From Chrysemys picta bellii (Eukaryota), in the NCBI RefSeq assembly GCF_011386835.1, contig NC_088798.1, positions 104,718,001-104,782,000 of the forward strand: a stretch of 64,000 nucleotides of DNA. Direction: 5' to 3'. The number at the start of each line of letters is the position of its first letter. Positions within the stretch are counted from its first letter, which is position 1. The notes below the pieces were generated by a model. That model saw nothing but the letters and a program-made list of their open reading frames with translations, had not been told where the DNA came from and did no database searches. The position numbers were made by a program, and so were the translations under genes. Positions 59,601 through 64,000 of the stretch are shown piece by piece.

Positions 59601-62600
59601 GTCAGTCTCTGGGTCTCTGCCTGGTGGGCTTCCTTCAGCCTCTCCGTTTCCTCCTGATGTCCTTGTAGCAGCCTCCCAATCTCCCTCTTCTGCTCCTCCA
59701 GCAGCAGGGCCTTCGTCGTCTCCACATCCTCGTGCAAGGGAGCTGCGATGACTGCAAATTAAACAGAAATGGCTAGACCGTGGCTGGCTGGTTTTGCTGA
59801 CAGGATTCTGGGGCTGTTTTCTACTCGGTCACCAGTTCGAATCCAGACCTGGTCAAGCTCATTATCGCTTGGGGGCGGTTTGGTGGCCCGCATAAACTAT
59901 GATCTCAGTCTAGTTCCTATTGGACAATTACCCACACTACTCCTGGCACTAATTAGCACCAATGGGCATCGTGTTGGCGGTCTGCACAATGGGGAGAAGT
60001 ATCGAACAGAAACAGGCGACTCCCTTGGCCTCCCAGTCCTGGGACTGACCCTTCCAGCTCAGGGCTGAGGGGTGTGGCTAGCTATTTCTCCCTGTACCAC
60101 AAACATGTCTCATTTAGGTCTTTGTTTCCTGTCAATCGTTCCCAGTTTCTGTGAGTGCATTCATTGCTCAACGACTAGTTGGAGCGAATCATTTCCAGCC
60201 ACCAAGTGCCTTGCAAACAGTTGGCTACAGCTGACTGCTAGTCACAGTTTGTTGTGCGAGAGTGGTCACGTGGTACAGTGTCCAATTCCTGATTGGGTGA
60301 CTGAAGCTATTTAAATGGGACTTTAGCCAATGACAAATACTGCTGAATAACTCAGCTGGTAGAGAGCACTTATCTCTGAGCTTGTCTGTAGTTCTATGCC
60401 TGAGCCAGCCATTCACATAAGGGCTAGAGTGTGTCAACTCCAGACAGGGCAACAATACACATACCCGTAAGGCAGTGTTTCTCGAACTGGGGTCACCACT
60501 TGTTACGAAAAGCCCCTGGAGGGCTGGGCCGGTTGGTTTGCCTGCCCCGCCCGTGGCTCCCACTGGCCACGGTTCGCTACTGCAGGCCAATGGGGGCTGC
60601 TGGAAGCGGCGGCCAGTACGTCCCTCAGCCCACGCTGCTTCCAGCAGCTCCCACTGGCCTGGAGCAGCGAACCGCGGCCAGTGGGACCTGCGGACGGGGC
60701 AGGTAAACAAACCGGCCTGGGGCTTTCCCTACACAAGCGGCGACCCCAGTTTGAGAAACACTGCCATAAGGTAATTCCTCCTACTAGCATACAGACACCA
60801 TCCTCTCCAGCGAATATCCTCCTCACTACTGCACCGACTGCTTCCTTAGGGGCGGGATTGTTTGTCTGGTGGGACGTTTTGGCCAGCTAGTGCAGTGTTT
60901 GAGCGGGCCGTTTGTGGTGTTCGCCTGGTCATACATATTTCTAGACTTGAGTCATCGATTTCTCTGTCCATGAACAAACACTAAGGCAGCTTCCCAGCGT
61001 TCTACCTACCCACTTCCCTTGGGCAAGCAGCTTGGTTTTTTAACTTGCTTCCCTTAGGAATTCGTGACATTTTCAGACCTTGCTCAGATTTTCATGACCA
61101 GTGTTGTCACCCAGGCATTCGAGAGTGACTAATAAGATCAGTTCATGAACAGCCGCACGTGGAATTTGCTGTTCATCTTGGAAACTGTTTGTGAATCTCT
61201 GATTCTCATTCCTGGGCAGCACAGGGAAAACTTACACTGATGCCCTGCCAATACCGAGCCTGCTTCATCGGTAGAGGGGCTTCTGTGGTGGCAGCATGAC
61301 ATGGATGGAGTTTCAGCATAGATCCCCGGCTGGTGTAACTCAGCGTCCCTCCATTGAGTCATTGAAGATGGGCTAATTTATGCCAGATGAGGATACAGAT
61401 CTTTATTTCTAGCCTGGCTCTGCATTGTGCAGTTTGTCTCATACAAGTTGGCAATATTTCCACTAGAACAAGCATGCATTTCCAGGAATGCATGCCAAAT
61501 ACTCTGTCGATTTCTAAGGAACCATCTGTGATGAAGTGGGAATCTCCTGTAATATTTTATGATTCCCATGAGTGCCTCAGTTTCTCTTTCTACTTTGCAC
61601 TGCTCCCCAGGCGGGGCAGAGAAAGAGACACGGGCTGTTGTGTCAGGTATCTGTATGGGGTGAAATAAATGGGCCAGTCAAGTACTGGCTGAAACCGCCC
61701 CATATCAATGGAGGGTCCGCAAAGACAACGGAAGCCCCAAAGACTGAGCAACTGACATTTATCCGTGGGACTCTCCTGCAGGCGGAGCGTGTGAACTCAG
61801 CACGGGTCTGCAGGAGGTGGACAATGGACCAAAAGGTGTCAGGTGGGTGGGATAAGAGCTGGCTTTTGAAGGGTCTCAACAGCTCTCACCTGGGAGTGAC
61901 ACAGGGACATGGAGGACCAGAGCCAGGAAAGGACACTAGATGGAAGGCTGGTGTGGCCAGAAGAGATGGTGTTTTAACCTTTATTCCTCTATGCTAATCT
62001 CAGGCCTTCCCAGTGCTGCGTTCCATCTGCCTCTGTTCTGAAAAGGCTGCCTGGTGCCTGTGCCAATACTTGCCGAGGCGCACTGAGCCCTGAAGTGTGT
62101 CCAAGACTCTGACCGGCGATTTATCTCAGTGGGACGTGTGTCTCAGGAGTGCTGAAGCCCGGAGGCTCAGTTTTGGAGGCACCGAGGCTGCCTTAAGGAA
62201 GAGTGGGACCCCTTGAGGGTCTGCCACATAGAAGGGGATCCTCCAAATGGCTGTTTAAAACCTGGCGTGTAGCATCAATACTGTGGCTCTGTGACGCCAT
62301 CTCAGGTGGGACTAATGCCAAGACCCCCAGGGAAACTGGAGTGAGAGAATCCACTCTGATTTAACTTGAGTCAGTAAAGCCCTTTTACCCCAGTGATCCT
62401 CAGACACATCGCCTCCCCGTCCGGAGGAGCTTTCTGAGCAAACACAGATGAGATGGCCTTGGTATGGACCAGAATAGAAGACTCACTAATCACAGTGCCA
62501 CTTTGGCTGCATCAGAGCTCACAGTGCTGCCTGTCTTAGCAGGTACAGGTGCATCTGCGCATGGAACACATTGGCCCATCTGTTTGGACCCGGTCTTAGC

Positions 62601-62736
62601 TTAATGCTTTTAAAGGGGTAGGTGCACTGAAAAGCCATGTGAGGAAACAGATGTACACCTCACCATGATTCTCTGTCTTCACGGCCGTCAGCTCCTGGGA
62701 AGCCTGCCCCTTTGGCTGCCGAGCTCTTAGTCGTTT
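53527..62736 (-). CDS. CCDC69: Coiled-coil domain-containing protein 69 (exons 2-9; exon 1 outside window)
   Basis: Join (minus): 62664-62736, 59582-59751, 58438-58525, 56978-57051, 55662-55763, 54957-55076, 54384-54481, 53527-53695. This is 894 nt, open, GT-AG. It contains VEKERDLEL, MKRVEESILSRDYKKHIQ, DYGSPSHFWEQELESLHFVIEMKNERIH and EKEELLYRVL, and ends PLIAT*. CCDC69 is the known neighbour of ANXA6. Confidence 0.95.
53723..53788 (+). mobile_element. Very short CR1 3' tail
   Basis: 65/66 nt identical to the 3' end of the CR1 at 16584-16819. Confidence 0.9.
54384..54481 (-). CDS. CCDC69: CCDC69 exon 8
   Basis: 98 nt, MERNLLLEEKVKTLQQENEDLHVQTQNHLTMT. Confidence 0.94.
54957..55076 (-). 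CDS. CCDC69: CCDC69 exon 7
   Basis: 120 nt, DYGSPSHFWEQELESLHFVIEMKNERIHDLDKKLLNLETV. Confidence 0.95.
55662..55763 (-). CDS. CCDC69: CCDC69 exon 6
   Basis: 102 nt, ETIDRLNSQLKSFQEKMKRVEESILSRDYKKHIQ. Confidence 0.95.
56294..56660 (+). mobile_element. Old LTR-like fragment
   Basis: Starts TGTGATGGGG; purine-rich interior; a similar start occurs at about 51860. Ends not resolved. Confidence 0.35.
56978..57051 (-). CDS. CCDC69: CCDC69 exon 5
   Basis: 74 nt, EVQRAHDQEMLLLRESYQTAQSSLQ. Confidence 0.88.
57800..58247. mobile_element. hAT MITE
   Basis: TIR CAGGGCCGTCC...GGATGGCCCTG; TSD TCTCTTGG/TCTCTTGA. Confidence 0.87.
58438..58525 (-). CDS. CCDC69: CCDC69 exon 4
   Basis: 88 nt, VEKERDLELNKQLSKQFDTLNREHEENLR. 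Confidence 0.92.
59582..59751 (-). CDS. CCDC69: CCDC69 exon 3
   Basis: 170 nt, VIAAPLHEDVETTKALLLEEQKREIGRLLQGHQEETERLKEAHQAETQRLTQDVKIQ. Confidence 0.85.
59771..60072 (+). mobile_element. LF-SINE-like ancient tRNA-derived SINE
   Basis: B-box-like GTTCGAATCCAG, followed by TCTCAGTCTAGTTCCTATTGGACA and TGGCACTAATTAGCACC blocks matching the recalled LF-SINE consensus. Confidence 0.7.
60473..60763. mobile_element. hAT/Charlie-type MITE
   Basis: TIR CAGTGTTTCTCGAACTGGGGTC...GACCCCAGTTTGAGAAACACTG; TSD CCGTAAGG/CCATAAGG. Confidence 0.9.
62664..62736 (-). CDS. CCDC69: CCDC69 exon 2
   Basis: 73 nt, KRLRARQPKGQASQELTAVKTENH; phase 0 to 1, matching the next exon. Confidence 0.75.
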
Positions 62737-64000
62737 CTGTGGGGAAAATAAGACGACTGGAATCATGAAAGCAGGGAGGAAAATGTAAAAAAACCCACGC
62801 TGGTTTGTGGCAGAGCCAAGACCTGAAGGGAATTGTGTCATGGATGAAACACCCTGAAATTAGTCCCCTGCAATGGGTCCCCGTGATGCGGCGTTATTTA
62901 GCAGTTCCTCTAAATGAAAGAGCTGCAGCAACATTCAGATCCCAGCAGCTCAGCTAGGTCCTGTCCAACCCAGAGCACTGCTCTCAATTGCCAGAGTGCG
63001 GCTGAAGTGTACCCAGCACGTTGTATTTATCCCTGGGGAGTTCAACCTGCAGCCCCAGCCAGCGACCCCAAGCCTCTGTCACACTCCATCCTGTTTAGCC
63101 AGCTCTGAATCTGGGCCAGTTCTCCTCCTAGGGAGCTCAGTATCGCCGCTATTTCCACCTTTGGCCTCCGGTTTTAGGCTGCTCCATCTCCGCTTAGCCC
63201 ACTGTGCCCTTCTGCCATCCCTCTCTCCTTTGGGTATGACGGAAAGTGACGCGTGGCTAACATGGTACAGCACACGAGGGGGAACGTGTAACCTGGGAGC
63301 GCCCATGCGGAGGGGCCCTGCCCCCATTATCGGGGAGATATCCTGTGGCATGTGAAGGGCTATTCCAGTGAGAAATCCCAGCAGAGGGACGTGAGAGTGG
63401 ATCACACGTGCCTGTTCATTTTCTCTCCCTCCTCACTCCTGGTTACTCACGTTCCCACTTGGCCCTGGATTTCTGTTTGCAGAAGTGCTCCGTAGAGAAG
63501 GCACGTACCCGCGAAGGGAGGAGGCACCCGCACGCCTCCCTTCACACTCCCTACCACACACAAATTCACCCACCCCACACACACACACACACGCTCATCC
63601 TACGCAGCCGCCCAGCCACACGGACAGGCTAGAAGATTTATTGTCCTTCCACCTTTTTGGGGGGGCCTTTCAGTCTCACCAGCAGGCCGGTCTGCTTACT
63701 AGGACCCTCCCGGCCCAAGGTACAAATCTCCACTTTGCCTTAGTATCGTTATCAGCCCCACACTCCCACAAGGGCCTTCTGGGATGGGGGCACTGGACAA
63801 TGTACAAATCTGTCCAGCAACCAGTCAGCGTGAGATGGGGTTAGCACCAAAACTCTTGGAGCTAGAGGGCTGGAAACATTTCCCAGTGCTCTTGCTGTTC
63901 CCCTCCCTTCACCCCCTCTTCACGCCACCTATGCATGCCCGGGACGCCGGACTACACGAGCCAGTCAGTGCTCGGGTCAGATAGTGGGTGCAGATCTGTT

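Noticed and set aside
60270-60340. CACGTG/ATTGG/TATTTAAA/CCAAT cluster as an internal CCDC69 promoter
   Set aside because: Motif order and spacing fit neither strand and such short motifs arise by chance.

Overview
GC-rich vertebrate genomic DNA. The repeat content (CR1 LINE 3' ends with AATCTATG tails, many hAT MITEs, MIR-like and LF-SINE copies, solo LTRs) suggests a sauropsid, most likely a turtle (inference). Three protein-coding genes were mapped exon by exon from GT-AG sites and reading phase. ANXA6 is on the minus strand: coding exons 2-17, running off the left edge. An intact six-exon, signal-peptide, three-Ig-domain PDGFRL-like gene is on the plus strand (39172-44773, 402 aa). CCDC69 is on the minus strand: exons 2-9, with exon 1 beyond the right edge. 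A single 223-bp exon of a cationic amino-acid transporter (SLC7A1/2/3 family) lies at 36637-36859 with both splice sites intact but no securely identifiable sister exons. The order and orientation SLC7A(+) > PDGFRL-like(+) > CCDC69(-) mirror human 8p22 SLC7A2(+) > PDGFRL(+) > MTUS1(-). The window therefore probably holds a hidden whole-genome-duplication copy of that block: a second PDGFRL and a decaying fourth CAT transporter that, from recall, are absent between human ANXA6 and CCDC69. No database searches were run; all homologies are from recalled sequences.
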